Shown: positions 49,802 through 59,355 of the stretch, one piece after another | Position numbering within the stretch: position 1 is the first letter of the stretch | How the letters are laid out: each line of letters starts with the position of its first letter | Assembly (NCBI GenBank): GCA_017544805.1 | Contig: JAFYDK010000001.1 | Coordinates: 18,013 to 82,012 of the forward strand | From: Bacteroidales bacterium | GTDB taxonomy: Bacteria > Bacteroidota > Bacteroidia > Bacteroidales > UBA3824 | Length of the DNA stretch: 64,000 nucleotides | Direction of reading: 5' to 3' | The notes under the pieces: model-generated | The model's database searches: none | Told to the model about the DNA's origin: nothing | The model's input: the letters and a program-made list of their open reading frames with translations, nothing else | Made by a program: the position numbers and the translations under genes

Positions 49802-50458
49802 ATGACAGAATTAGACATTCAGTTGTTTTTAAGACTTTTGGAAGCTTCTATTTTGGGCGGAATTATCGGTCTTGAAAGGGAGTACAGATCTAAAGTTGCA
49901 GGTTTCAGAACGCATTTTTTGGTTGCGCTGGGAAGTGCACTTTTTATGATTATATCCATATACGGCTTTGACAACGAGAATGTTACGTATGACGCATCAA
50001 GAGTTGCCGCACAAATTGTATCAGGAATAGGTTTTATAGGTGCGGGAGCGATAATTTTTCAAAAACACGCTGTAAGAGGTTTAACAACAGCGGCAGGACT
50101 TTGGGTAACGGCAGCAATCGGAGTTTGCGCCGGCTCCGGGAGATTTTTTCTTGCCGCAGCCTCAACGGTAATGGTTCTTTTAAGCCTTGAAACATTGAAT
50201 TTCGTTTTGTCAAAACTTGGTAAAAAAATTGTATCGCTCAGTATTTCAGCACATTCTAAAAACGAAATCAACTCTATTTTGCAGAACTTAAAAAATTCAG
50301 GTTTTGAAGTTGATACTTATAACATGGAACTCAAACGCAAGAGCGACGGCGATGTATACGTCCTTACAATGGAGGTAAAAGTAAAACGTAAAGAATACGA
50401 ACGAAAAGTTACCGAATTGTTTGCTAATTTCGACGAAGTTTCAATTGACACTATATAA
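49802..50458 (+). CDS. MgtC/SapB family membrane protein
   Basis: IGLERE, AGFRTH, RVAAQIVSGIGFIGAG, GLTTAA. Confidence 0.92.
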   Translation: MTELDIQLFLRLLEASILGGIIGLEREYRSKVAGFRTHFLVALGSALFMIISIYGFDNENVTYDASRVAAQIVSGIGFIGAGAIIFQKHAVRGLTTAAGLWVTAAIGVCAGSGRFFLAAASTVMVLLSLETLNFVLSKLGKKIVSLSISAHSKNEINSILQNLKNSGFEVDTYNMELKRKSDGDVYVLTMEVKVKRKEYERKVTELFANFDEVSIDTI

Positions 50459-50460
50459 TT

Positions 50461-51645
50461 ATGATAAATTTTAACTATCACACACCCACAGAAATAGTTT
50501 TCGGCCATGAAACTGAAAACCAAACAGCTGCACTCATAAAAAAATACGGAGGCAAAAATGTTTTAATTCATTACGGTGGCAAAAGCGCACAAAAACTCGG
50601 CATAATTGACAAAGTTACACAACTTTTTTCCAATGAAAACATCAACTATACCCTTTTAGGCGGTGTAGTTCCTAATCCAAGGTTGAAAAAAGTAAAAGAA
50701 GGTATACAAATTTGCAAAGAAAAAAACATAGATTTCATACTTGCCATAGGCGGCGGAAGTGTTATCGACTCTGCTAAAGCAATTGCCTACGGTCTTGATT
50801 ATCAAGGCGATGTATGGGATTTGTTTGATAATAAAGGCACGGCAAAAAGTTGCAGACCCGTAGGAGCTATTTTAACAATTCCGGCAGCGGGCAGCGAAAT
50901 GAGCGACAGTTGCGTTATCACAAAAGAAGAAGGGAACTTAAAACGCGGTTATAACAACGGGATTTGCCGTTTGAAATTTGCCGTTATGAACCCTGAATTT
51001 ACGTATTCTCTGCCTCAATATCAAACCTCATGCGGTGCAACGGATATAATGATGCACACTATGGAGAGGTATTTCAGCCCCGATACCGACATGGTTTTGA
51101 CGGACAGAATTGCAGAGGCATTGATGAAAACAGTAAAAGACAGCGTTTTTGAAGTCTTGAAAAATCCTCAAGATTATAATTCGAGAGCGCAGCTGATGTG
51201 GGCATCAAGTCTTTCACACAACGATTTAACGGGTTGCGGAATGAAACGCGATTTTGCCACACACAGACTTGAACACGAACTTTCAGCGGAATACGACGTT
51301 GCTCACGGAGCCGGTCTTGCTGCTTTGTGGCCGAGTTGGGCAAGATACGTAATGAATTGCAACATAGCACGTTTCGTACAATTTGCAGTAAATGTTATGG
51401 GTGTTGAAAACGATTTTTCAAACCCCGAAAAAACAGCTTTGAAAGGCATAGAGGCAATGGAAAGATTTTATCACGCTATAAAAATGCCTATCAATATTCC
51501 TGAACTTTTGGGCAGAAAACTTTCAGAGGAAGAAATTTTGAACATGGCTCAAAAATGCAGCCGCAATGACACACTCACGCACGGCTCGTTCAAAGTCCTG
51601 AAAATGAACGATATGATTGAAATTTACAAAATGGCGAATATTTAA
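50461..51645 (+). CDS. Iron-containing alcohol dehydrogenase (BdhA/YqhD-like)
   Basis: GGGSVIDSAK, AGSE, DIMMHTMERY, HRLEHELSA, HGAGLA. Confidence 0.9.
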   Translation: MINFNYHTPTEIVFGHETENQTAALIKKYGGKNVLIHYGGKSAQKLGIIDKVTQLFSNENINYTLLGGVVPNPRLKKVKEGIQICKEKNIDFILAIGGGSVIDSAKAIAYGLDYQGDVWDLFDNKGTAKSCRPVGAILTIPAAGSEMSDSCVITKEEGNLKRGYNNGICRLKFAVMNPEFTYSLPQYQTSCGATDIMMHTMERYFSPDTDMVLTDRIAEALMKTVKDSVFEVLKNPQDYNSRAQLMWASSLSHNDLTGCGMKRDFATHRLEHELSAEYDVAHGAGLAALWPSWARYVMNCNIARFVQFAVNVMGVENDFSNPEKTALKGIEAMERFYHAIKMPINIPELLGRKLSEEEILNMAQKCSRNDTLTHGSFKVLKMNDMIEIYKMANI

Positions 51646-51655
51646 ATATTCGCCA
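51632..51655. repeat. Perfect 24-bp palindrome over overlapping stop codons
   Basis: TGGCGAATATTT|AAATATTCGCCA. Confidence 0.92.
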
Positions 51656-52547
51656 ATGTAGAATTTTGAAGAATAGCCGTTGAGCGAGACAACATTCTGA
51701 TAAATTCTTTTGCGGAATTTTTCAAATATGAATCTTTCAAGGTATGAATACAACCGTCCATGCCGTTGCCGGGTTCATCAATTCTGACAGCTCTCAAGCC
51801 CTGCTCGTTTAGCACCGTGCTCTCGCTCAAAACAGTAACGTATTGAGTATTGCGAATCAAACTGAAAAGCATGTGTACGTTATTGATTTCCACTTTGATG
51901 CGATAATTATGACCTTTGCCTTCGATAATTCTGTCAAAAGCGTTTCTTGCTTGAAGACCGTGCGAGGGCAAAGCCAAATCGTAATCTTCCAACTCGCCAA
52001 GCGTTACGGATTTTTTTCCCACAAGAGGATGATATTCATTAACAATGGCAGCCAAACGGTTGTTGAAAAGCAAATGACTTTCGATGTTATTATAATTTGC
52101 CGAAGGTTTGAACGCCAAAACGAAATCCAATTCATGCTTCAACAATTTTCCGATTAACGTAGACATTGAATCGTAACGGACATTGATTTTAATTTTCGGA
52201 TATTTTTTCAAGAAATCGACCATCGTCTCGTTGGTAATGCAACTGAACGAAAATGTAACACCGATATTTAATTCACCCGTTTCCAATCCTTTCAAATCCA
52301 AAATCCGCTGTTTGCAAGCCTCGGAATCATTAACTGTTTTTCTGGCAAGAGGCAACAACATCTGTCCTGCCTCGGTGAGAATTACTTGATGACTATTACG
52401 CTCAAAAAGCTGTTGATCAAGCTCCTGCTCCAAATGCAAAATCTGCTGCGAAAGAGTACTTTGAGTTATGAAAAGTTCTTTAGCCGCCAATGAAAAATTT
52501 AGCGTTTCTGCCGTCCGCAGAAAATATTTTAATTGTCTGAGTTCCAT
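51642..52547 (-). CDS. LysR-family transcriptional regulator
   Basis: MELRQLKYF..NFSLAAKELFITQSTLSQQILHLEQEL HTH, LFER, LTEAG. Promoter element TAATTTTG on minus at 52564-52571. Confidence 0.95.
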   Translation of the reverse strand: MELRQLKYFLRTAETLNFSLAAKELFITQSTLSQQILHLEQELDQQLFERNSHQVILTEAGQMLLPLARKTVNDSEACKQRILDLKGLETGELNIGVTFSFSCITNETMVDFLKKYPKIKINVRYDSMSTLIGKLLKHELDFVLAFKPSANYNNIESHLLFNNRLAAIVNEYHPLVGKKSVTLGELEDYDLALPSHGLQARNAFDRIIEGKGHNYRIKVEINNVHMLFSLIRNTQYVTVLSESTVLNEQGLRAVRIDEPGNGMDGCIHTLKDSYLKNSAKEFIRMLSRSTAILQNSTLANI

Positions 52548-52622
52548 TTTTATTAATTCGCTGCAAAATTAATACTTTCCTCTCTTATAAGCAACTTTTT
52601 TTTAGAAAAGAGAAAAAAAATA

Positions 52623-52684
52623 CTATCGGTAAAAACGATAGCACTAATCGTTTTTTTGCGATTTTAACAATCGGAACAAATCAT
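52623..52684. promoter_or_regulatory. Three tandem LysR-type (T-N11-A-like) boxes
   Basis: CTATCG-N7-CGATAG (52623-52641), AATCG-N8-CGATT (52646-52663), AATCG-N7-TCAT (52669-52684). ATCG half-sites are 22 and 23 bp apart. Confidence 0.65.
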
Positions 52685-52716
52685 AACCAAAGCTTTTTTA
52701 TGAATTTCAAAACCCG

Positions 52717-52724
52717 TAAATTTG
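52717..52724 (+). promoter_or_regulatory. -7 promoter element for the small ORF
   Basis: TAAATTTG with no canonical -33 TTTG upstream. Confidence 0.6.
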
Positions 52725-52789
52725 CAGTGTAAAAAAATTAAAACCCGGGAAGAGGTTGTTCTTCTCAACAAAAATAAAATCATAAAAAA

Positions 52790-52882
52790 ATGGATTATAG
52801 TTGGTTTGCAGTTGCATTTGAGTTATTGCTTGCTTTTTTCGGAATTAAATGGTATATTCATCACACCTATAGAAAGAAGTAG
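52790..52882 (+). CDS. 30-aa single-TM small protein MDYSWFAVAFELLLAFFGIKWYIHHTYRKK (not in the ORF track)
   Basis: A-rich initiation region AAAATAAAATCATAAAAAA-ATG, hydrophobic core with basic C-terminus, flanked by promoter and terminator. Confidence 0.6.
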   Translation: MDYSWFAVAFELLLAFFGIKWYIHHTYRKK

Positions 52883-52900
52883 TCTAATGTTTACCTTTTG

Positions 52901-52950
52901 AAAAACACCGCGCCAAGGGGAATTTCTAACTAGGGCAGCGGTGTTTTTTT
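52901..52950 (+). terminator. Intrinsic terminator after the small ORF
   Basis: AAAAACACCGC..GCGGTGTTTTTTT. Confidence 0.7.
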
Positions 52951-53023
52951 ATTATGACAAAATTCAAAAAAATTTGCCCGATTATATTTTTCTGCTTACC
53001 TTTGCATAAATAATGTAAAGATT

Positions 53024-53797
53024 ATGGAAGAAACCAAACCCCTGATTTTAATCACCAACGACGACGGAATTTTTGCTAAAGGCCTCAAAGAATTGGTCAG
53101 AGCCGTAAAAGATTTGGGCGAAATCGTAGTCGTTGCCCCTGACAAAGCGCAAAGCGGTAAAGGACACAGCGTTACGCTTGATATGCCGCTTTGGTACAGA
53201 CCCTCGAAAATTGACGAAGAAATCCGTGCTTTTAAATGTTCAGGCACACCTGCGGACTGCATCAAAATTGCACTTTTCAAGGTTCTTGACCGCACACCCG
53301 ATTTGATTTTAAGCGGTATAAATCACGGTTCTAATTCGAGCATAAACATTTTATATTCAGGCACGATGGGTGCGGCAATGGAAGGCGCATTACATCACAT
53401 ACCTTCGATAGGATTTTCGCTTTTGAACTTTGCCCCCGATTCCGATTTCACAACGGCCGGGAAATACGCAAAAGAAATTACGCAAAAAGTTTTAGCGATG
53501 GACAAAACATTCCAAAAGAGCATTTGTCTTAACGTTAATATTCCGTACAACGATCCGGAAAACATCAAAGGCATTAAAATCTGCCGACAATCAGCCGGTG
53601 AATGGAAAGAATTTTTTGACGAACGTTATCATCCTTCAAACCGCCGTCCGTATTATTGGCTTACCGGTGATTATTACAATTATGAACCTCAAGAAGAAGA
53701 TACTGACGAATGGGCATTAAAAAACGGTTACGTATCCGTTCAGCCCGTAACCTGCGACTGCACGGATTACAAAATGATGAACGAATTAAAACTATAA
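53024..53797 (+). CDS. surE: 5'/3'-nucleotidase SurE
   Basis: LITNDDG, GTPADC, SGINHGSN, YSGTMGAA. Own TACCTTTG element at 52997-53004. Confidence 0.95.
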   Translation: MEETKPLILITNDDGIFAKGLKELVRAVKDLGEIVVVAPDKAQSGKGHSVTLDMPLWYRPSKIDEEIRAFKCSGTPADCIKIALFKVLDRTPDLILSGINHGSNSSINILYSGTMGAAMEGALHHIPSIGFSLLNFAPDSDFTTAGKYAKEITQKVLAMDKTFQKSICLNVNIPYNDPENIKGIKICRQSAGEWKEFFDERYHPSNRRPYYWLTGDYYNYEPQEEDTDEWALKNGYVSVQPVTCDCTDYKMMNELKL

Positions 53798-53812
53798 AAA
53801 ACTATCAGATAT

Positions 53813-53846
53813 GAGAGCCGCAATTTGTTTTTCACGGCTCTTTTTT
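53813..53846. terminator. Terminator between surE and the convergent gene
   Basis: AGAGCCG..CGGCTCT followed by a T-tract. Confidence 0.6.
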
Positions 53847-54555
53847 ATTTTGCCGCACCCTCAGGCTCGGAATCAAAAGACCTTATCATGCTATCAAGGT
53901 CGTGTTTTGAAATATCTTTGTAACTCTCAGGCACAACAAACAAATCGGAATTAACCTGTTCGCCCACAACCTCTACCGCTGTCAGCTCCATAAAAAAACC
54001 GCTGAGCAAAACCTGAAATTTCAACAACACACCGTCCAAATCCCTAAAGGCATTATTAATGTTTGATTTTTTGATATTAATATCGTCAGTATACCAAAGT
54101 TCCAAATCACGATTTATAGTTTTGCAATGTGCTAACGCCTTATGACACAAATAATTACAAATAGTCATCGTATCGGAAAGTTTTTCGATTTCAATATCGC
54201 GGATTTGGTCATAACCGAAAGAAACTCCGTCGGAATCCGTTACGTATTTGTATTTATCAGTCATAATTCTAAACAAAGAATAATACTTATTGTTTTGATT
54301 ATCAGTGATAAACGAAATATTGAAAGAACCGGCAAAACCTCTGATGCTCAATGCCGTATTATCGTTTTTGAACGACAATTCCACTCTTTCGGGCATAATC
54401 GCAACAAGGGAACTACTATTTTCTTCTTTCGGGAAATCCACGGAATAAACAATGCGCCCCTCGTTTATAACAGGAGCGTATTTCTTACCGCAACTATTGG
54501 TTATCAGTGCTAATAATAATATTATCAATGAATTAAGGATATTTTTTTTATTCAT
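53845..54555 (-). CDS. Lipoprotein, GLPGLI/DUF4412-like
   Basis: Lipobox TNS-C, EGRIVY, TICNYLCHKA, LWYTDDI, LDGVLLKF. Confidence 0.65.
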   Translation of the reverse strand: MNKKNILNSLIILLLALITNSCGKKYAPVINEGRIVYSVDFPKEENSSSLVAIMPERVELSFKNDNTALSIRGFAGSFNISFITDNQNNKYYSLFRIMTDKYKYVTDSDGVSFGYDQIRDIEIEKLSDTMTICNYLCHKALAHCKTINRDLELWYTDDINIKKSNINNAFRDLDGVLLKFQVLLSGFFMELTAVEVVGEQVNSDLFVVPESYKDISKHDLDSMIRSFDSEPEGAAK

Positions 54556-54661
54556 TGTCGTAAAAGTTTTTGATTATTTAACAACAAATAATGCGCCATA
54601 TTTTCATAAAAAGGAAAGTTTATATATCTTTGCCACATATAAATATCAAAAAACCTTAGAA

Positions 54662-55456
54662 ATGAAAAAAATTATTTTTTTAATATTAGTAATGCTGACA
54701 CTCTCGGTTAATGCCCAAAAAAAAACCGCTGCCGAAATTCTAAAAGAATACAAAGTAAATACAGCATTTGAACCCGGAGAAGAACTTATCTACGATTTGA
54801 AATACGGAATCGTAAAGGCCGGGGAATTTTCGATAAAAGTAGGACTCGTGCCCGTAGGTTACGAATATTGCTTTTACGCCATTGCTAAATGCTATACGAC
54901 CGGATTAGCGTCAAAATTAGCAAGAATATACGACGTTTATGAAAGTTATTTTGACATTGTTTCGGGTTTACCGGTAAAAGCTGTAAGAAATGTTACCGAA
55001 AACAATTATAAAAGATATAACGAAGATTTGTTTTTTCAGGATTCAAGCGTTGTTTATTCCATGAAAAGCGGACGGCATAAAGTTCCTGAAAATACTTTTG
55101 ACATAATTTCCGCATTTTATTTTTCAAGAAAATTCATTTTCGATCAAAAATATCAAAAAAACGAATACATGAATTTAACTTCATGGTTTGACGAAGAATT
55201 GTATAAGTTTAAAATGGCTTACAAAGGCACAGAAAAAGTAAAAACAGATTACGGAAAAATCGAATGTTTGAAATTTTCCCCGATTTTGGAAAACGATGCT
55301 ACTTTCAAAAACGAAGACGACATGGTGGCATGGTTCACTAACGACGGAAATTTTGTCCCCGTCAAAATCATAGTAAAACTACCATTAGGAAAGGCAAAAT
55401 GCGAACTGAAAAGTTTTAAAAACCTAAAAAATAAAGACGGATTTTTAAAAGAATGA
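54662..55456 (+). CDS. DUF3108-like secreted protein
   Basis: Signal peptide from ATG 54662, AFEPGEELIY, DIISAFY, WFTNDGNFVPVKI. TATCTTTG at 54625-54632. Confidence 0.75.
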   Translation: MKKIIFLILVMLTLSVNAQKKTAAEILKEYKVNTAFEPGEELIYDLKYGIVKAGEFSIKVGLVPVGYEYCFYAIAKCYTTGLASKLARIYDVYESYFDIVSGLPVKAVRNVTENNYKRYNEDLFFQDSSVVYSMKSGRHKVPENTFDIISAFYFSRKFIFDQKYQKNEYMNLTSWFDEELYKFKMAYKGTEKVKTDYGKIECLKFSPILENDATFKNEDDMVAWFTNDGNFVPVKIIVKLPLGKAKCELKSFKNLKNKDGFLKE

Positions 55457-55535
55457 TTTTTCTTTTCAACAACTTTTTCTACGGCTAAAAAAAAAAATTA
55501 TTAACTTTGCATTTTATAACGAAATAAAAAAAGAG

Positions 55536-56024
55536 ATGAAAAAACTGTATTTTATGAGGCACGCCAAATCGGATTGGCTCGGCGATGTAGATGATAAAGA
55601 TAGAATTATCAATTACATAGGCATCAACGAGGCTAAAAAAATCGCTGCCGAAATTATTAAAAAGGAAATAAAATTTGATAAAATTATATGCTCTCCAGCG
55701 AAAAGAGCGTATCAAACAGCCGAAATTATCAAAAATAAAATCGGATTTTCAGACGAAATAATTATCGAAGAAAGTTTTTATTTCGACTATCAAAAAGAGA
55801 TTTTAAAAGTAATAAAAAACATTGATAATCAAGCACAAAGCGTTCTTCTTGTAGGGCATAATCCAACATGGTCGCAAATGGTTTCGCAACTAAAAAAATC
55901 ACCCGGCAAAATATATCTTGACAATGCCAATTTCGTATGTCTGAGTGCTGATTTCAACGATTGGAAAGAAGCTAATTACGAAAAATTTGATTTTGATTAC
56001 ATTATTTCACCCAAAAACTTATAA
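55536..56024 (+). CDS. SixA-like phosphohistidine phosphatase
   Basis: MRHAKSDW, SPAKRAYQTA, LVGHNP. Confidence 0.88.
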   Translation: MKKLYFMRHAKSDWLGDVDDKDRIINYIGINEAKKIAAEIIKKEIKFDKIICSPAKRAYQTAEIIKNKIGFSDEIIIEESFYFDYQKEILKVIKNIDNQAQSVLLVGHNPTWSQMVSQLKKSPGKIYLDNANFVCLSADFNDWKEANYEKFDFDYIISPKNL

Positions 56025-56030
56025 AAGGCT

Positions 56031-57134
56031 ATGAATCACTTAAATAAAACATTAATATTACCGGTACTTTTGTTTTTTTCATGCTCTAACGGAATAAAAG
56101 AAAACAAAAACCAAAACCAAGGCGAGACTGTTCAACAACAGCCGCAGGAAAAATTTTTCTCATTGAAAATCAATAATTTAGACGAAAATTCGTTAGGAAA
56201 AATTTCTGATAAATTTCTCCTTGAAATTTCAGAAGAGAAAAATCAAAAATTCGATTCTGCCGTTGTGAACATAGACGGTAAAAAATTAGCTGTTCTAAAT
56301 TCCGGCGAATTATCATATACCATTGACACAAAGGATTTTAGATGCGGAATTGTACCTATTACCGTTCAAACGTTTTTCGGCGGAAAAAACGAACATTTAG
56401 GAGCATCAATAAAACTCTTTTCCGACATAACACCCAAACACAAGACTTACAAAGTTTTGAAAACATTCAACCATGATAATCAAGCATATACGCAAGGTTT
56501 GCAATATGAAGACGGCTATTTCTACGAATCAACGGGTCTGAAGAAAAAATCCTCATTAAGAAAAGTAAAACCCGAAACCGGCGAAATTCTTCAAAGCTAT
56601 ATCCTTGAAGACGAGTACTTTGGCGAAGGTTTGACAATTATGGGCGACAAACTCATTCAACTGACTTGGCAAAATCACAAAGGTTTTGTTTATGACAAAA
56701 AAACGTTTGAAAAATTAAGCGAATTTAATGTTTCAACAGAAGGTTGGGGATTGTCATATCTCAATGATACTCTGATACTTACTGACGGTAGCGAAAATAT
56801 TTATTTCCTTAATCCCGATAATTTTGCCTCGATGAAATACGTTCAGGTTTACGACAATTTAGGTCCCGTAAAAATGTTGAATGAAACGGAAATCATTGAT
56901 GGAAAACTTTACGCAAACATTTATCAGACGGATATGATTGCCGAGATTGATTATCACACGGGTAAAGTATTGAGTTACATAGACTTATCTAATATTTTAC
57001 CACAAAATTTCAGAACCTCTGAAACTGACGTTCTAAACGGCATAGCATACGACGAAAAAGGCGGAAGACTTTTTGTTACTGGCAAAAACTGGTCAAAACT
57101 TTTTCAAATTCAAATAATTGAACAAGCAAAATGA
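56031..57134 (+). CDS. Glutaminyl-peptide cyclotransferase (type I, plant-like) lipoprotein
   Basis: Lipobox FFS-C, YTQGL, YFGEGL, QLTW, EGWGL, LNETE, DVLNGIA. Confidence 0.9.
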   Translation: MNHLNKTLILPVLLFFSCSNGIKENKNQNQGETVQQQPQEKFFSLKINNLDENSLGKISDKFLLEISEEKNQKFDSAVVNIDGKKLAVLNSGELSYTIDTKDFRCGIVPITVQTFFGGKNEHLGASIKLFSDITPKHKTYKVLKTFNHDNQAYTQGLQYEDGYFYESTGLKKKSSLRKVKPETGEILQSYILEDEYFGEGLTIMGDKLIQLTWQNHKGFVYDKKTFEKLSEFNVSTEGWGLSYLNDTLILTDGSENIYFLNPDNFASMKYVQVYDNLGPVKMLNETEIIDGKLYANIYQTDMIAEIDYHTGKVLSYIDLSNILPQNFRTSETDVLNGIAYDEKGGRLFVTGKNWSKLFQIQIIEQAK

Positions 57135-57784
57135 TAATTTTAAAAGACATAAAGAAAAGTTTCTCACAACTCGAAGTTTTAAAAGGTATAAATCTAACGA
57201 TAGAAGACTCTCAAATCGTATCTATCGTCGGGGCTTCCGGTGCGGGCAAAACTACGCTTCTACAAATTGCGGGAACGCTTTTGAAAGCCGATTCCGGCGA
57301 GGTTAATATCGGCGGAATTGATGCGGGCAAACTCTCCGGCAAACGTTTAGCCGAGTTCAGAAACAAAAATATCGGTTTTGTTTTTCAGTTTCATCACCTT
57401 TTGCCGGAGTTCAATGCGTTGGAAAATGTCTGTATACCGGCATTAATCGGAGGAAAAAATCAAAAGGAAGCCGAAAAACGTGCTTTAGAATTGTTAGGTT
57501 TTCTTAATCTTTCTGAACGCGTAACTCACAAACCCTCAGAACTTTCGGGCGGTGAACAACAAAGAGTTGCGATTGCAAGGGCATTAATCAACGACCCCGA
57601 AGTAGTTTTTGCAGACGAACCCTCAGGAAACCTTGATTCAAAAAACAGGGAAGAACTTCACACTCTGCTTTTTCAATTAAGAGAAAAATTCAAAAAGACG
57701 TTTGTAATCGTAACCCATGACGAACATTTTGCTGATATGAGCGATAGAATTATCAGAATAAAAGACGGAAAAATTGAAGAATAA
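57131..57784 (+). CDS. LolD-like ABC ATPase
   Basis: [38 protein letters not shown]. Confidence 0.88.
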   Translation: MIILKDIKKSFSQLEVLKGINLTIEDSQIVSIVGASGAGKTTLLQIAGTLLKADSGEVNIGGIDAGKLSGKRLAEFRNKNIGFVFQFHHLLPEFNALENVCIPALIGGKNQKEAEKRALELLGFLNLSERVTHKPSELSGGEQQRVAIARALINDPEVVFADEPSGNLDSKNREELHTLLFQLREKFKKTFVIVTHDEHFADMSDRIIRIKDGKIEE

Positions 57785-57798
57785 TTTAATTACGAATT

Positions 57799-58560
57799 AT
57801 GAATTGTGAATTAAAAACCCTTTTGGACGAAAAATTCAATCAATATAACACGCCGGAATTTATTTTAAGCGACCCTATACAAATTCCGCACTCGTTTTCT
57901 TTGCGTCAAGATATTGAAATTTCGGGCTTTTTAGCCTCGCTGATAGCCTGGGGCAACCGCAAAATGATTATCAACAATGCTAAAAAAATGATGCAAATCA
58001 TGAATAATTCGCCCTACGATTTCGTTATTAATTTTGACGAAAAATCAGCAGAAAAAATTCCGAATTTTGTACATAGAACATTTCAACACGCTGATTTTCT
58101 GTACACATTGGCGGCTCTAAAAAATATTTATCTCAATCATGGCGGCTTAAAAAACGTTTTTGAAGAAAATTTCAAGAAAACACAAAATATAAAAGACACT
58201 TTAATTAATTTTAGAAAAGTGTTTTTTGAATGTGATTTTCCACTTCGGACGCAAAAGCATATTGCAGATGTAAAGCGCGGTGCGGCGGGAAAACGTCTTA
58301 ACATGTATTTGATGTGGCTTTGCCGTAATGACAACCGCGGCGTACATTTCGGGCTTTGGGACATTCCGACATCGGCGTTAATGTTACCGCTTGACACTCA
58401 CACGGCTTCAACGGGCAGAAAACTTCAACTCATAACCCGAAAACAAAACGATTGGAAAACGGTTGAAGAAATAACCTCTGCACTCAGAGAGTTTGACCCT
58501 CTTGACCCTGTAAAATATGATTTTGCACTCTTCGGACTCGGCATTTTTGACAAATTGTAA
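57799..58560 (+). CDS. TIGR02757/DUF2400 family protein
   Basis: SDPIQIPH, AWGNR, KRLNMYLMW, PLDTH, DPVKYDFALFG. Confidence 0.88.
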   Translation: MNCELKTLLDEKFNQYNTPEFILSDPIQIPHSFSLRQDIEISGFLASLIAWGNRKMIINNAKKMMQIMNNSPYDFVINFDEKSAEKIPNFVHRTFQHADFLYTLAALKNIYLNHGGLKNVFEENFKKTQNIKDTLINFRKVFFECDFPLRTQKHIADVKRGAAGKRLNMYLMWLCRNDNRGVHFGLWDIPTSALMLPLDTHTASTGRKLQLITRKQNDWKTVEEITSALREFDPLDPVKYDFALFGLGIFDKL

Positions 58561-58587
58561 TAGGAGTATATAAAAATTCATGCAACA

Positions 58588-59298
58588 ATGTCCCACAACG
58601 TCTTCCATTTTCAGCAATTCTCTGTAAATCAAGACAAAACGGCGATGAAAATCTCTACCGACGGCGTTTTGTTCGGGGCGTGCTGCAATTTTGAAAACGC
58701 TGAAAACATTCTTGACATAGGCACGGGCACGGGACTTCTCTCACTTATGGCAGCGCAAAAATCCGCCGCTAAAATCACTGCCGTAGAAATAGACAACGAC
58801 GCTTATCTCCAAGCCGAAGAAAACGTAAAAAACTCAAAATTTTCTGACAGAATAAAAATTTTTCACGGTGATTTTTTGACATTTTACAAAACCTGCGGCG
58901 AAAAATACGGTTACATAATTTCCAATCCGCCGTTTTTTGAAAACGCTTTCAAATCAAACGATTACAAAAGAAATTTTGCACGGCATACAGATTCATTGCC
59001 GTTTGAAATGATGATAAAAGGCGTAAAAGAAATAATTTCAGAAAACGGTTTTTTTTCGGTGATAATTCCGTTTGACAAGAGTCTGGATTTTGTAAGACTT
59101 TGCGCTCTGAGCAAATTACATTTATGCAAAAAAATCAGCATTTTTTCCAAATCTAATGTACCGCCGCTAAGAGTTATTTTAACATTTTCAAAACAGATTT
59201 TACCGATGAAATACGACGAAATTACTATTTACGAAAAAAATAAAACGTATTCCGAAAAATTTAAAGAACTCACAAAAGATTTTTACTTAAAAAAATAA
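58588..59298 (+). CDS. tRNA1(Val) adenine-37 N6-methyltransferase (YfiC-like)
   Basis: FHFQQF, AMKISTDGVL, LDIGTGTG, SNPPFF, ARH. Confidence 0.88.
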   Translation: MSHNVFHFQQFSVNQDKTAMKISTDGVLFGACCNFENAENILDIGTGTGLLSLMAAQKSAAKITAVEIDNDAYLQAEENVKNSKFSDRIKIFHGDFLTFYKTCGEKYGYIISNPPFFENAFKSNDYKRNFARHTDSLPFEMMIKGVKEIISENGFFSVIIPFDKSLDFVRLCALSKLHLCKKISIFSKSNVPPLRVILTFSKQILPMKYDEITIYEKNKTYSEKFKELTKDFYLKK

Positions 59299-59355
59299 TG
59301 TTTGCTTTGCTTAAAATTAACAGATTTATATGATTTTTGCAGAAAACAACAGGAA

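Noticed and set aside
54452-54661. 5' extensions in the ORF track (5569, 8498, 11611, 44274, 44294, 54452, 59302, 60272)
   Set aside because: They run through promoters or neighbouring genes. Downstream ATGs fit signal peptides or family starts better.
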